This document shows positions 10,104 through 19,023 of a stretch of 64,000 nucleotides of DNA, in pieces. Origin of the DNA: Candidatus Obscuribacteraceae bacterium (lineage in GTDB: Bacteria > Cyanobacteriota > Vampirovibrionia > Obscuribacterales > Obscuribacteraceae). The stretch's first letter is position 1; every line of letters starts with the position of its first letter. Position numbers and translations under genes: made by a program. The notes beneath the pieces are model-generated. The model made no database searches. It worked only from the letters and a program-made list of their open reading frames with translations, and had not been told where the DNA came from. The stretch lies in the NCBI GenBank assembly GCA_044226015.1, contig JBGAHS010000001.1, positions 544,001-608,000 of the forward strand. Reading direction: 5' to 3'.

Positions 10104-10610
10104 GTGAGCCTAGTTCAAAAAATCAGAAGTTTTTGGTTTGGACCTGCTGACAATTACGATCAGGAAGATTTTGAGGATCTGTTCGAGACAAGTGACGAGA
10201 TTTATCAAACCAGCGGTCAACTTGCTTTAGACAAGGCGCCGACTGTAGAACCAGTCAGAACAGCGAAGATTCTTCCAACAAGCAACACAAAAGTAGTTGA
10301 GCATCCTAATGCTCAACCCAATAGCGAAGTTATGGTGATTGAACCCCGTACCTTCAATGAAGCAATGGACATTGTCGAGTTTTTGCGCGGACGCAAGTCA
10401 GTTCTCCTCAATTTGCACTTGTTGGATAACGAGACTTCCCAGCGAATCGTTGACTTCCTGTCCGGAGCAACACACGCAATTGATGGTCATCAACAACGGA
10501 TTGGCGATGGAGTGTTCCTCTTCGCACCATCTACGGTGGTGATTAGCGCCGAGTCTAGTTCTTCAAAAGCTATTCGCGACGTGTTCTGGAATAAGACCCA
10601 GCTCTCTTAG
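10104..10610 (+). CDS. sepF: Cell division protein SepF
   Basis: EPRTFNEA...SVLLNL...QRIVDFLSGA..IDG; follows yggS; AGGAGG RBS. Confidence 0.93.
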   Translation: MSLVQKIRSFWFGPADNYDQEDFEDLFETSDEIYQTSGQLALDKAPTVEPVRTAKILPTSNTKVVEHPNAQPNSEVMVIEPRTFNEAMDIVEFLRGRKSVLLNLHLLDNETSQRIVDFLSGATHAIDGHQQRIGDGVFLFAPSTVVISAESSSSKAIRDVFWNKTQLS

Positions 10611-10628
10611 TTAGAACCTGCAACATTC

Positions 10629-10672
10629 AATTGAAGGCGGACATCTCCCTGTAGTCCGCCTTCAATTTTTTT
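10629..10672 (+). terminator. Intrinsic terminator after sepF
   Basis: AATTGAAGGCGGAC / GTCCGCCTTCAATT 14-bp stem then T-tract. Confidence 0.85.
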
Positions 10673-10795
10673 GTCTTGGTGCAGGTGTTTTCTTTGTTGA
10701 TGCAGCTAGCGCAGTTGCTAATATTGGCATGCAATTAGGCATGCCTGCTCCCTTGCAAAAGCAAATTCATCGTGGTATCGCAGTTGGTTCAGTGC

Positions 10796-11707
10796 TCAAA
10801 AGCTCTTATGGAACCAATTCCAGGGGTTCACCGCATTGTTATTCACATAAAGACTGAAGTGCAAATGTGGACCGCTTGCTCGTCCAGTTGCTCCAATGAG
10901 CCCTATCTTCTGACCGGCTGATACCATGTCGCCTTCTTTTACTAGAATCTTGCTCATGTGAATGTAGAACGAGACGACGCCTTGCCCGTGGTCAATCGCG
11001 ACGGTATTGCCGTGAAGTCGCCAACCCCATTTGCTTATAATGACTCGGCCATTAGCGCAGGCTGTGATAGGCGAACCGATCGCACCTGCGAAATCTTGAC
11101 CTGAATGGAAATAGTCTGTCAGAAGTTTTCCGTTCACCCGGCGTCGCACTCCATACGGTGAAGATGTCCTAGCCTGACTCGGTTTCAAGAATTGCCCAAT
11201 CCAAAACTGGTGTGGCGTAACTGTTTCTTTCGCCTTCTGTACTGTTTCTTCTTCACCAGGACTGCTAATAAAATTGTCTTTGCCTTTCGGTAGTGAAAGC
11301 ACCTGCACCCCAAACATGCCTGGAGAAATCGTAACTGTCTTTTCCAGTTCACCATATTTCAAGGTAAATTTGCCTGGCTTCTGAAGGGCGTTGACGCCGA
11401 TCAACGCTTTGCCTATGACGGCATCCGCCTGCCCAGCTTTAAGGGGAAACACTTTATAGGAACGGTCGATGAAATGCACCTCCGGCAGTGCCGCACCAAC
11501 TGTGGCATCAGTACCGCCGGCGCTACCATCACCGTCGGTGCTACCAGCCTTCTTGCCTGCATCGTCTTTTATGAGTACTTCTATTGTGTCGCCCTGCTTG
11601 AAAGAGTCCGAATTCAGGATGATTTCGGCTGCATTCGTGCTTTGAGCGAATGCCTGGGAGATGAGCAAAAACGACAAGCTTAGAGAGATTCGTATAATTG
11701 AACGCAC
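10796..11707 (-). CDS. M23 family metallopeptidase with signal peptide
   Basis: HSGQDF (HxxxD), HLHF (HxH), YIHMSKI..GD.V.AGQ.IG. Confidence 0.92.
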   Translation of the reverse strand: MRSIIRISLSLSFLLISQAFAQSTNAAEIILNSDSFKQGDTIEVLIKDDAGKKAGSTDGDGSAGGTDATVGAALPEVHFIDRSYKVFPLKAGQADAVIGKALIGVNALQKPGKFTLKYGELEKTVTISPGMFGVQVLSLPKGKDNFISSPGEEETVQKAKETVTPHQFWIGQFLKPSQARTSSPYGVRRRVNGKLLTDYFHSGQDFAGAIGSPITACANGRVIISKWGWRLHGNTVAIDHGQGVVSFYIHMSKILVKEGDMVSAGQKIGLIGATGRASGPHLHFSLYVNNNAVNPWNWFHKSF

Positions 11708-11721
11708 AATTTGCTTTCTAG

Positions 11722-11934
11722 TTATTCGTTTGCCATGACTTTTTTCACGGCTTCAAGAAGGGCTTCAACTTTATCGAGCGGTATAGCGATGCCTTTTTTT
11801 GAGGGCTTTTCGCTTCCATCTTTATCAAGATACCATTCTCTTACATGCAAGAGCCTCATTCCGGCGAATTCTTCAATATATACCTTGATGGTCTCGCCCC
11901 TAGCTTTTTCATGAACGGTTACTCTTTCTTCCAA
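11722..11934 (-). CDS. PC4/YdbC-family ssDNA-binding protein
   Basis: LHVREWY..KDG...PSKKGIAI. Confidence 0.85.
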   Translation of the reverse strand: MEERVTVHEKARGETIKVYIEEFAGMRLLHVREWYLDKDGSEKPSKKGIAIPLDKVEALLEAVKKVMANE

Positions 11935-12109
11935 AGAAGTTCCCTCCAGATGGCTCGCTCAGTCTTGCTGTCTCTTTATTACCATATCGATTATATGAGA
12001 ATAAGTAAAGATCGCGCCGGTTCATTATGTAAGCGTGATGATATATCAGACCAATAATCAGGAAGGAATCAACTAAAATACTCTTGTGCAGATTCAATGA
12101 GCATTAAAG

Positions 12110-13411
12110 ATGCAGTTTGTCGATGAAGTGACCATAAAAGTTTTGTCCGGAGATGGTGGCAATGGGCTTGTTGCATGGCGGCGAGAAAAGTATGAGCCTC
12201 TAGGTGGTCCGGCTGGCGGAACTGGCGGTCGAGGTGGACACGTTATTCTCGAAGCCAGTAATGACCTTTCAACGCTTATGGACTTTCACTTCCGAACTGA
12301 ATTCAAAGCTTTGCCCGGAGAAAAAGGTGGACCAAAAAATCGTCATGGAAAAGATGGCGAAGACCTTATCATCAGGGTTCCAGTCGGAACTGTTGTCACA
12401 GATGTAACTAATGAACGTGTTATTGCCGACCTGTCAGCTCCAGCTGCGCGTGCACTAGTTGCAGAGGGCGGACGCGGAGGTCGTGGAAATAAAGATCTGG
12501 CCTCGCAGGCAAATCGCGCACCTTATTACTGTGAGCCAGGAGAAGCTGGCATCGAACGACAACTCCGGCTAACTCTCAAATTGCTGGCAGATGTAGGTTT
12601 GGTCGGATTGCCCAACGCCGGTAAATCAACTTTGCTTTCTGTGCTTACCAAGGCTCGTCCTAAAATTGCAGATTACCCATTTTCTACGCTCAACCCGAAC
12701 CTGGGAGTCATGAGGTCCTCCGATAATGCTTACGTGTTGGCAGACATTCCAGGTCTTATTGAGGGTGCATCAAAAGGAATTGGCTTGGGACACACTTTTC
12801 TCCGACATATTGAAAGAACAAGAGTGCTTGTTCATCTTGCTGATATAAGCTCGGAAAATTTGGAATCAGATCTGAAAATCATTTGTGCCGAACTTTTGTT
12901 CTATGCCGAAAGTGTTGCAAAAATGCCTCAGATTGTTTTTCTCAACAAGGCAGATCTCCTCAGTCCTGAAGATGCGCAGGAGATAGCACGTTCTATTGAT
13001 GCAAAACGTGCGGAAATCTTTCCATTTCCAGAGGCAATCAACAAAGTCATGTATGGAAGTTGTGGAACAACGCATGGCATTGATGACTTGCAAAATTCTG
13101 TTGTTGAACTGCTTTCAAAGATTCCGAAAGACGATACTGTCATTCAGCCGTTGGATGACGATGCAGCATATCAGCACCCCGATACTGGTTTTGATGTAAG
13201 CCGAAAGAAAGGTGTATTCTACGTTCGGGGCGATCGTATAGAAAGAATTCTTGGGGTCACCAATCTGAAAAATCCCGAATCGCTGCAGCATTTCTTCCAC
13301 ATACTCCGCGCTATGGGAATTATGGATGCCATGCTTCAGGAGGGTTTGAGTCCCGGCGATGAAGTGGTTGTAGGAAAGGTTGCTTTCTCCTACGGTGAGG
13401 AAATGCTCTAG
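12110..13411 (+). CDS. obgE: GTPase ObgE with C-terminal extension domain
   Basis: FVDE..I...GDGGNG, GLPNAGKST, YPFSTL, DIPGLIEGA, NKAD. Confidence 0.97.
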   Translation: MQFVDEVTIKVLSGDGGNGLVAWRREKYEPLGGPAGGTGGRGGHVILEASNDLSTLMDFHFRTEFKALPGEKGGPKNRHGKDGEDLIIRVPVGTVVTDVTNERVIADLSAPAARALVAEGGRGGRGNKDLASQANRAPYYCEPGEAGIERQLRLTLKLLADVGLVGLPNAGKSTLLSVLTKARPKIADYPFSTLNPNLGVMRSSDNAYVLADIPGLIEGASKGIGLGHTFLRHIERTRVLVHLADISSENLESDLKIICAELLFYAESVAKMPQIVFLNKADLLSPEDAQEIARSIDAKRAEIFPFPEAINKVMYGSCGTTHGIDDLQNSVVELLSKIPKDDTVIQPLDDDAAYQHPDTGFDVSRKKGVFYVRGDRIERILGVTNLKNPESLQHFFHILRAMGIMDAMLQEGLSPGDEVVVGKVAFSYGEEML

Positions 13412-13495
13412 CACTTTGATTGGAGTATGAAGGCAGCTTGCCCGAAAGACCTTTCAAGCAGTCACTGAGGTGTTCAAGATCTCAACAAACAACTA

Positions 13496-13519
13496 AAGCT
13501 CTGAGCGAACTCAGAGCTT
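13496..13519. terminator. Hairpin between convergent obgE and small ORF
   Basis: AAGCTCTGAG-CGAA-CTCAGAGCTT perfect 10-bp stem. Confidence 0.65.
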
Positions 13520-13548
13520 GAATCGATTCAAATTGCTTTGACTGAGGT

Positions 13549-13722
13549 CTAGTGAGTGTGACCTTCATGATCGTGGTGATCATGTCCTGCTTCTGCAGCC
13601 TTCACAGCCTTTTCGAAAGCGTAAATTGCTTGCTTGATATTGGTCTTGCGGGCCAATTTAGCCTTGCTTTGCTTACGCGCCATGACTTTGCGTGCGCGCT
13701 TTACACCTCTTTGTTGTGCCAT
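13549..13722 (-). CDS. 57-aa basic small protein with His-rich C-terminus
   Basis: AGGAG RBS before ATG at 13722; MAQQRGVKRARKVMARKQSKAKLARK...GHDHHDHEGHTH. Confidence 0.75.
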   Translation of the reverse strand: MAQQRGVKRARKVMARKQSKAKLARKTNIKQAIYAFEKAVKAAEAGHDHHDHEGHTH

Positions 13723-13857
13723 AACTAAAGCTCCTAATGTAGACAAGAGTGTAGCCGGTGCCACTCTTGCTGGTCAAAAAAATTCCAGATTGCCCATAAT
13801 ACAACAATCTACGGTTTTGAGATCTTCCAGGGCAGTCCGGCGTAACAAATGAACTTA

Positions 13858-14568
13858 CTACTGAGGCATCAAATTGATTTTGTTCTTGATGCTGCCCAGT
13901 TCCAAGTTCTTAGCTCGTTCCTCACATTCAATGGCGTCGTTTTCGCGATTCAATTGTTCATAAATGAAAGCTAATTTATGAAGAACGTCTGCTTGAAAAT
14001 GTAGGTCGCGGTTTACTGCGGTATCCAGCGTTTTGTTCGTGCTCTCAAAAAGCTTGAGCGCGGTTTTGTAGTCTTTCTTGTCTAGCGCCATCTGCCCGAT
14101 TGCCGCTTGAATTTCGCAAGCAAGCTCAGTTCTGGTTTGTTCCGCGCGTTTCAATCTGCTAAATGCTTCGCCTAGAAGCTTTCTTGCTTCCTCGTCGTTG
14201 CCGAGCGTTCGATTGTTTATCGCCATTTCTTTTTCAAGCCCGGCCAGCTTTTGCGGGTCTTCCTTCTTCTTACTCAATAATTCGAACTCTTCAGAACGAA
14301 GAGTCAGAGCACCTTCATCATCATTTTGCATCGAAGCTGTTTCAATTTCAGCTTCGAGTGCTTTCACTAGCTGCTCTGTTCTCTTTTGCTGTCGGGCATT
14401 CATGACCGCACTGTGAAAACTTTGGCGTGCTTTGTCCAGCTTGTTTTTGTTTCTAAATTCATGACCTTCTTGCATGAAGCGCTCAAATGGTGCGGCGCAT
14501 CCCGAGCTGCTCAGTGAGAGTAAAAGAACTGCTAGAACTCCGAATTTGTTCTCGATGTTTTTTTTCAT
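13858..14568 (-). CDS. TPR-like lipoprotein
   Basis: Signal peptide ending SSSGC, helical TPR-like repeats. Confidence 0.7.
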   Translation of the reverse strand: MKKNIENKFGVLAVLLLSLSSSGCAAPFERFMQEGHEFRNKNKLDKARQSFHSAVMNARQQKRTEQLVKALEAEIETASMQNDDEGALTLRSEEFELLSKKKEDPQKLAGLEKEMAINNRTLGNDEEARKLLGEAFSRLKRAEQTRTELACEIQAAIGQMALDKKDYKTALKLFESTNKTLDTAVNRDLHFQADVLHKLAFIYEQLNRENDAIECEERAKNLELGSIKNKINLMPQ

Positions 14569-14595
14569 TGGACTTACTCAGAAGGTTGTGGATTG

Positions 14596-15105
14596 CTAAA
14601 CCCAGAGGTTCCCAAGGTACTTTATTCCACCTGCAAATGAATTTCCGATCGATTCAAGAATTTGATTTTGTACCGGAGGGTAAAGTGCAAGTGTTTTCAG
14701 TTCTTCGACGCTTCGAAATTCAACTGCAGCCAGTACAGGTTCATTTCCCAATTTCATTGTGCCGCCAATTACTTTGCCGGTCATGTAAACGTTCACGATA
14801 TGACGGCTACGGTCTGGTGCAATTGCTTCCGATACAAAAACAATCTGCTCAATTTCGATGTCCAGTCCTGTTTCTTCCTTTACTTCACGAACGCCACATT
14901 CGCTGAAATCCTCGCCATACTCTAATCTTCCACCTGGCAAGACCCAATACTGGCGCGTTCCTTTTTTGTGCTTCACCAGAAGAATTTGATTTTCTTGATT
15001 GATGACGATAACCGAAACACGTGTTGTCGGAATGGCTTTGGCTGGTCGACGTCTCAGTCTGTGCTTACGCAATTCTCTCGCCTTCAAGTTCCACTTGCTA
15101 TCCAA
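14596..15105 (-). CDS. NUDIX hydrolase
   Basis: Nudix box GGRLEYGEDFSECGVREVKEETGL. Confidence 0.92.
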   Translation of the reverse strand: MDSKWNLKARELRKHRLRRRPAKAIPTTRVSVIVINQENQILLVKHKKGTRQYWVLPGGRLEYGEDFSECGVREVKEETGLDIEIEQIVFVSEAIAPDRSRHIVNVYMTGKVIGGTMKLGNEPVLAAVEFRSVEELKTLALYPPVQNQILESIGNSFAGGIKYLGNLWV

Positions 15106-15300
15106 TCAGGAATCTTTTCTAGATTTTAGAGCTAATATGCTCTGCCCGCAATGCTTACAGCTCCATCAGATCTAGCTTTTTTTATACAACAAAAATTGCA
15201 AAATTGCCGCAAAGCAAATACACGTTTGGCGGTTCTTATAATGTCTTTCAGATCTCAAGCACATATGCTTGAGGGTGATTGGAGCCACGAAAAAGGAAAG

Positions 15301-16347
15301 ATGACAGTGAATCAAACTGAGCCGCAGAGTCGAATTATTGCGCTCAAAGAAGAGGGACTCTCTTCAATTCAAAACGCAGGTAGCAGTGACGAGCTTGAGG
15401 CGGTACGTCTAAAGTTTCTGGGTGGAAAGTCTGAGCTGAAGACAATTATGTCGGGGCTTTCAAAACTAAGTCCGGAAGAAAAAAAGACTATCGGGCAACT
15501 GTCCAACAATTGTCGGCAAGAGCTTGAAGCTGCATTGAAAGCCAGGCAAGAAGCACTCTACGCCATTGAGTTGGAGTCCAGGCTTCAAAATGAGCAAATC
15601 GATATTAGCTTGCCTGGCTTCGGTAGACCGGTTGGACACATTCACCCGTTGACACAAATAACCGAAGAAATCATCGGCATATTTCATGGCATGGGTTTCA
15701 GCGTGGTGGAAGGTCCGGAAATCGAGACTGACTTCTATAACTTTGATGCACTGAATACACCGGCTGACCATCCTGCCCGTGACTCGCAGGACACTTTCTA
15801 CACCACTGTTGCTGATCATGTTCTTTTGCGCAGTCAGACCTCGACCATTCAGATTCGCGCGATGGAGAAAATGAAGCCTCCCCTTCGCATTATCGCTCCT
15901 GGACGGGTTTACAGAAACGAGGAAGTAAATGCTCGTAAGTATCCTCTGTTCCATCAAATTGAAGGCTTGTTGATAGATAAGGATGTTAAATTCGGGCAGC
16001 TTCGTGCAACTCTGGAAGAATTTTATCGCTTGCTTTTCGGGCGTGAACTCAAAACCAGGTTTCGCCCTGATTTCTTTCCGTTTACTGAGCCCAGTGCTGA
16101 ATTAGACTGTGAGTGCCCGTTCTGCATGGGCAAGGGCTGCCGCACCTGTGGTAATCGCGGTTGGTTGGAGCTGCTCGGCTGCGGAATGGTGGATCCCAAT
16201 GTTCTGAAAGCAGTGAATATCGACCCATCTGAGTGGAGCGGATTTGCTTTTGGCATGGGCGTTGAGCGCGTCGCGATGTTGAGATATGGCATCAATGATA
16301 TTCGCCATTTCTTTACCAATGACTTGCGCTTTCTCGAACAATTTTAG
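15301..16347 (+). CDS. pheS: Phenylalanyl-tRNA synthetase alpha
   Basis: HPARDSQDTFY, FHQIEGL, FPFTEPSAE, GFAFGMGVER; start chosen at the ATG after AAGGAAAG. Confidence 0.97.
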   Translation: MTVNQTEPQSRIIALKEEGLSSIQNAGSSDELEAVRLKFLGGKSELKTIMSGLSKLSPEEKKTIGQLSNNCRQELEAALKARQEALYAIELESRLQNEQIDISLPGFGRPVGHIHPLTQITEEIIGIFHGMGFSVVEGPEIETDFYNFDALNTPADHPARDSQDTFYTTVADHVLLRSQTSTIQIRAMEKMKPPLRIIAPGRVYRNEEVNARKYPLFHQIEGLLIDKDVKFGQLRATLEEFYRLLFGRELKTRFRPDFFPFTEPSAELDCECPFCMGKGCRTCGNRGWLELLGCGMVDPNVLKAVNIDPSEWSGFAFGMGVERVAMLRYGINDIRHFFTNDLRFLEQF

Positions 16348-16362
16348 TCTGGAGGAACTCTC

Positions 16363-18861
16363 TTGAAACTCTCATTTGATTGGCTTAGTGATTTCGTTGA
16401 TTTGTCCGGATTGTCCGCACAAGAAGTGGCAGACAAGCTAACCATGGGCGCCTTTGAAGTCGAGGAAGTCAGCACGACGGGGCCCGATATTGAGGGACCT
16501 CTGCTTGTCGGCCAGATTATGGAAATCAATCCTCATCCGAATGCAGACAAAATTCGTCTTACCAAAATCAAGTTTTCAGAAGATGGTCCAGCGCAAGAAA
16601 TCGTTTGTGGCGCCTGGAACATTGAAGTCGGGCATCGAATTCCAGTTGCACTGCCGGGTGCAAAAGTAATTAATCGCCATGATGGCAGTGCTTTGTTCAT
16701 CAAAGAAAATAAGATCAGAGGTGTAAGCAGCAATGGAATGCTCTGCTCAGCGCCTGAGTTGGGGCTCTCTGGCTCTGGCGAAGGAATTCTTATTCTCGAC
16801 CCGGAGACAAAACTTGGTGCAGATGCCAAAGAACTTCTCGGGCTGAAAGCTGATTACGTCTTGCATGTGGAACCACGTTCCAACAGAGGCGATGCTCTCA
16901 GCGTGCTTGGACTTGCACGCGAAGTCGCGGCATTATTTGGACGTCCGCTGAAAAAACAAAACTGGAATTTGCCGGAAGAGGATGCTTCTCTTCCCTTATT
17001 TGAATCAGCAATCGAAGATGCAGCTGATTGTCCATTCTTTACGCTGAGAACTCTTGGCGGGTTTAAAGTTGGACCTTCTGACCCATTCATCAGTGCCCGC
17101 CTTGAGTCTGTTGGGCTCAAGCCAATCAACAATATTGTTGATATCACCAACTATATTCTCTATGAGCTGGGACAACCTTTGCATGCTTATGATGTTTCCC
17201 GTCTTAAAGGAAACAAGCTCACTGCACGGCTTGCCCGTGAGGGTGAAGCAATTGAGACACTTGATCAAAAAGAACGCAAGCTGAACACCGCAGCTCTGGT
17301 GATTGCCGATAACGAATCTGTTGTTGGAGTTGCCGGTGTCATGGGCGGCAAAGATAGCGAGGTTTCAGAAAGAACTGAAACAATCGCACTGGAAGCTGCT
17401 TGTTTCACAAGTGCAAGAGTAAGAAGAAGCAGCCGTTTGCTCGGGCTATCGAGCGATGCTTCTCTGCGTTTCGAACGCGGGGTCGACAGCATGCAAGTAG
17501 AAGGCGCATCAAACAGAGCCGCATATTTGCTGGTGAAGCACTGTGGTGCACGCCTTGGTCGCATGTCTAAAGCAGGGTCTTCAGAAGTACCTGAGTCAAA
17601 AATTCAACTTCGTATGTCCGAGTTGAAGAGAATTTGCGACATAGATATGAATGCACAGGAAGCTGGCAAAATGCTGGAACCGCTGGGTTTTAAGACTCAG
17701 GGTCATGATGCTTCTGCTAATGCGATTTCTGTTTTTGTTCCAAGTTTTCGCCTGAAAGATGTATATCGCGAGGTAGATCTAATTGAGGAAGTCACTCGCT
17801 TGTATGGCTACAATCGCTTGCCTGTTTCAATGCCAGCAAGCACAATTGCGGCTAAGGTAAGAGACCCAATTCCAGCAAAAATAAGGCTCAGTTTGTGCGC
17901 TTCAGGTCTTAGCGAGGCGTGGCTTAGCAGTTTGACTAAGCGTGAAGAACTCATGTCCCGAGCCACTAACGGTACTGCCGATGATACCGCTGTAGAAGTT
18001 CAAAATCCACTCTCCGCTGAACACCAGGTCTTACGTCAGAGCCTGGTTCCTGGTTTGATTAAAGCTGCTTCCTATAATCAGGATTATGGCAACCTAAATC
18101 CCTGTCTGTTCGAGCTAGGCAAAGTTTATCGAAAAGACAGCCGCAGGCTGAACAGTAAGCAGCCGGCCAATCGTCAAACTGGCACGCATGAGGAACTCAT
18201 GGTCTCTGGCATTCTCTGCTCTGAGCCTCGTCTTTCATTGTGGAATAAACAAAAAGAAGATGAGAACCAGGGACAGTCTTATTATCTGGTGAAGGGCGTT
18301 TTTGAAAACCTTCTTGTGACCTTGGGGATAGACCGGTCTGCAGTACGCTTCGAAAAAACTGATGATATTCCGGGTTTCTTCCATCCTGGTCGCTCAGCGT
18401 CTTGCGTGCTTGAGCTTGCTGGAGATGGCAAAAAGAAAGGCAAGCAAGTTCGCCTTGGGTTTATTGGTGAGCTGCATCCCGCCGTTTGCGATTCCCACCG
18501 ATTGAGTGGTCGAGCTGCAGCCATGGAAGTTTCTGTTCAGGCTCTCACTGATGCTGTGTCGTTTGCCGCATTCAAGGACATATACTCGACTCCGAGTGTC
18601 CAGCGCGACTTGACTGCTGACCTTCCTCATTGCGTAAAGAATCAGGAATTGGAGTCTGTGATTCGCGATTGCACCAAAGAGATGCTAACCAAGCTTGACC
18701 TCGTTAGCGTATTTAAGCTATCCGATAAGCAGAAGAGCCTGTCATACAGGCTTACTTTCCAAGATCCTGAAAAGACTCTGACTGCAGAAACTGTCGACTC
18801 GGCAATGTCAAAAGTTCGAGACGAGCTTGCCAAGAGGGTTGATGCTAAGTTCCGCCTTTAG
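16363..18861 (+). CDS. pheT: Phenylalanyl-tRNA synthetase beta
   Basis: HPNADK, NRGDALS..GLARE, RFERGVD, DLIEEV.RLYGY, FDX-ACB C-terminus. Confidence 0.97.
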   Translation: MKLSFDWLSDFVDLSGLSAQEVADKLTMGAFEVEEVSTTGPDIEGPLLVGQIMEINPHPNADKIRLTKIKFSEDGPAQEIVCGAWNIEVGHRIPVALPGAKVINRHDGSALFIKENKIRGVSSNGMLCSAPELGLSGSGEGILILDPETKLGADAKELLGLKADYVLHVEPRSNRGDALSVLGLAREVAALFGRPLKKQNWNLPEEDASLPLFESAIEDAADCPFFTLRTLGGFKVGPSDPFISARLESVGLKPINNIVDITNYILYELGQPLHAYDVSRLKGNKLTARLAREGEAIETLDQKERKLNTAALVIADNESVVGVAGVMGGKDSEVSERTETIALEAACFTSARVRRSSRLLGLSSDASLRFERGVDSMQVEGASNRAAYLLVKHCGARLGRMSKAGSSEVPESKIQLRMSELKRICDIDMNAQEAGKMLEPLGFKTQGHDASANAISVFVPSFRLKDVYREVDLIEEVTRLYGYNRLPVSMPASTIAAKVRDPIPAKIRLSLCASGLSEAWLSSLTKREELMSRATNGTADDTAVEVQNPLSAEHQVLRQSLVPGLIKAASYNQDYGNLNPCLFELGKVYRKDSRRLNSKQPANRQTGTHEELMVSGILCSEPRLSLWNKQKEDENQGQSYYLVKGVFENLLVTLGIDRSAVRFEKTDDIPGFFHPGRSASCVLELAGDGKKKGKQVRLGFIGELHPAVCDSHRLSGRAAAMEVSVQALTDAVSFAAFKDIYSTPSVQRDLTADLPHCVKNQELESVIRDCTKEMLTKLDLVSVFKLSDKQKSLSYRLTFQDPEKTLTAETVDSAMSKVRDELAKRVDAKFRL

Positions 18862-19023
18862 TGTCACCTTGATATCTGATAAAAGACTTTTATTTGAGGA
18901 AAGGCTGGAAATCCAGTGCTGACAAAGGTCAATAAATTTAATGTCCCACAGCGATTAACGCCCCCGCGCGGGTATATTGCTCCTAGTTCACTTCTTTTTT
19001 CCCGCAGAAGGGTAGCAAAATAG

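Noticed and set aside
16108..16150. CPFC..GCRTC motif in PheS as a novelty
   Set aside because: This Cys-rich insertion is common in PheS from many bacterial lineages
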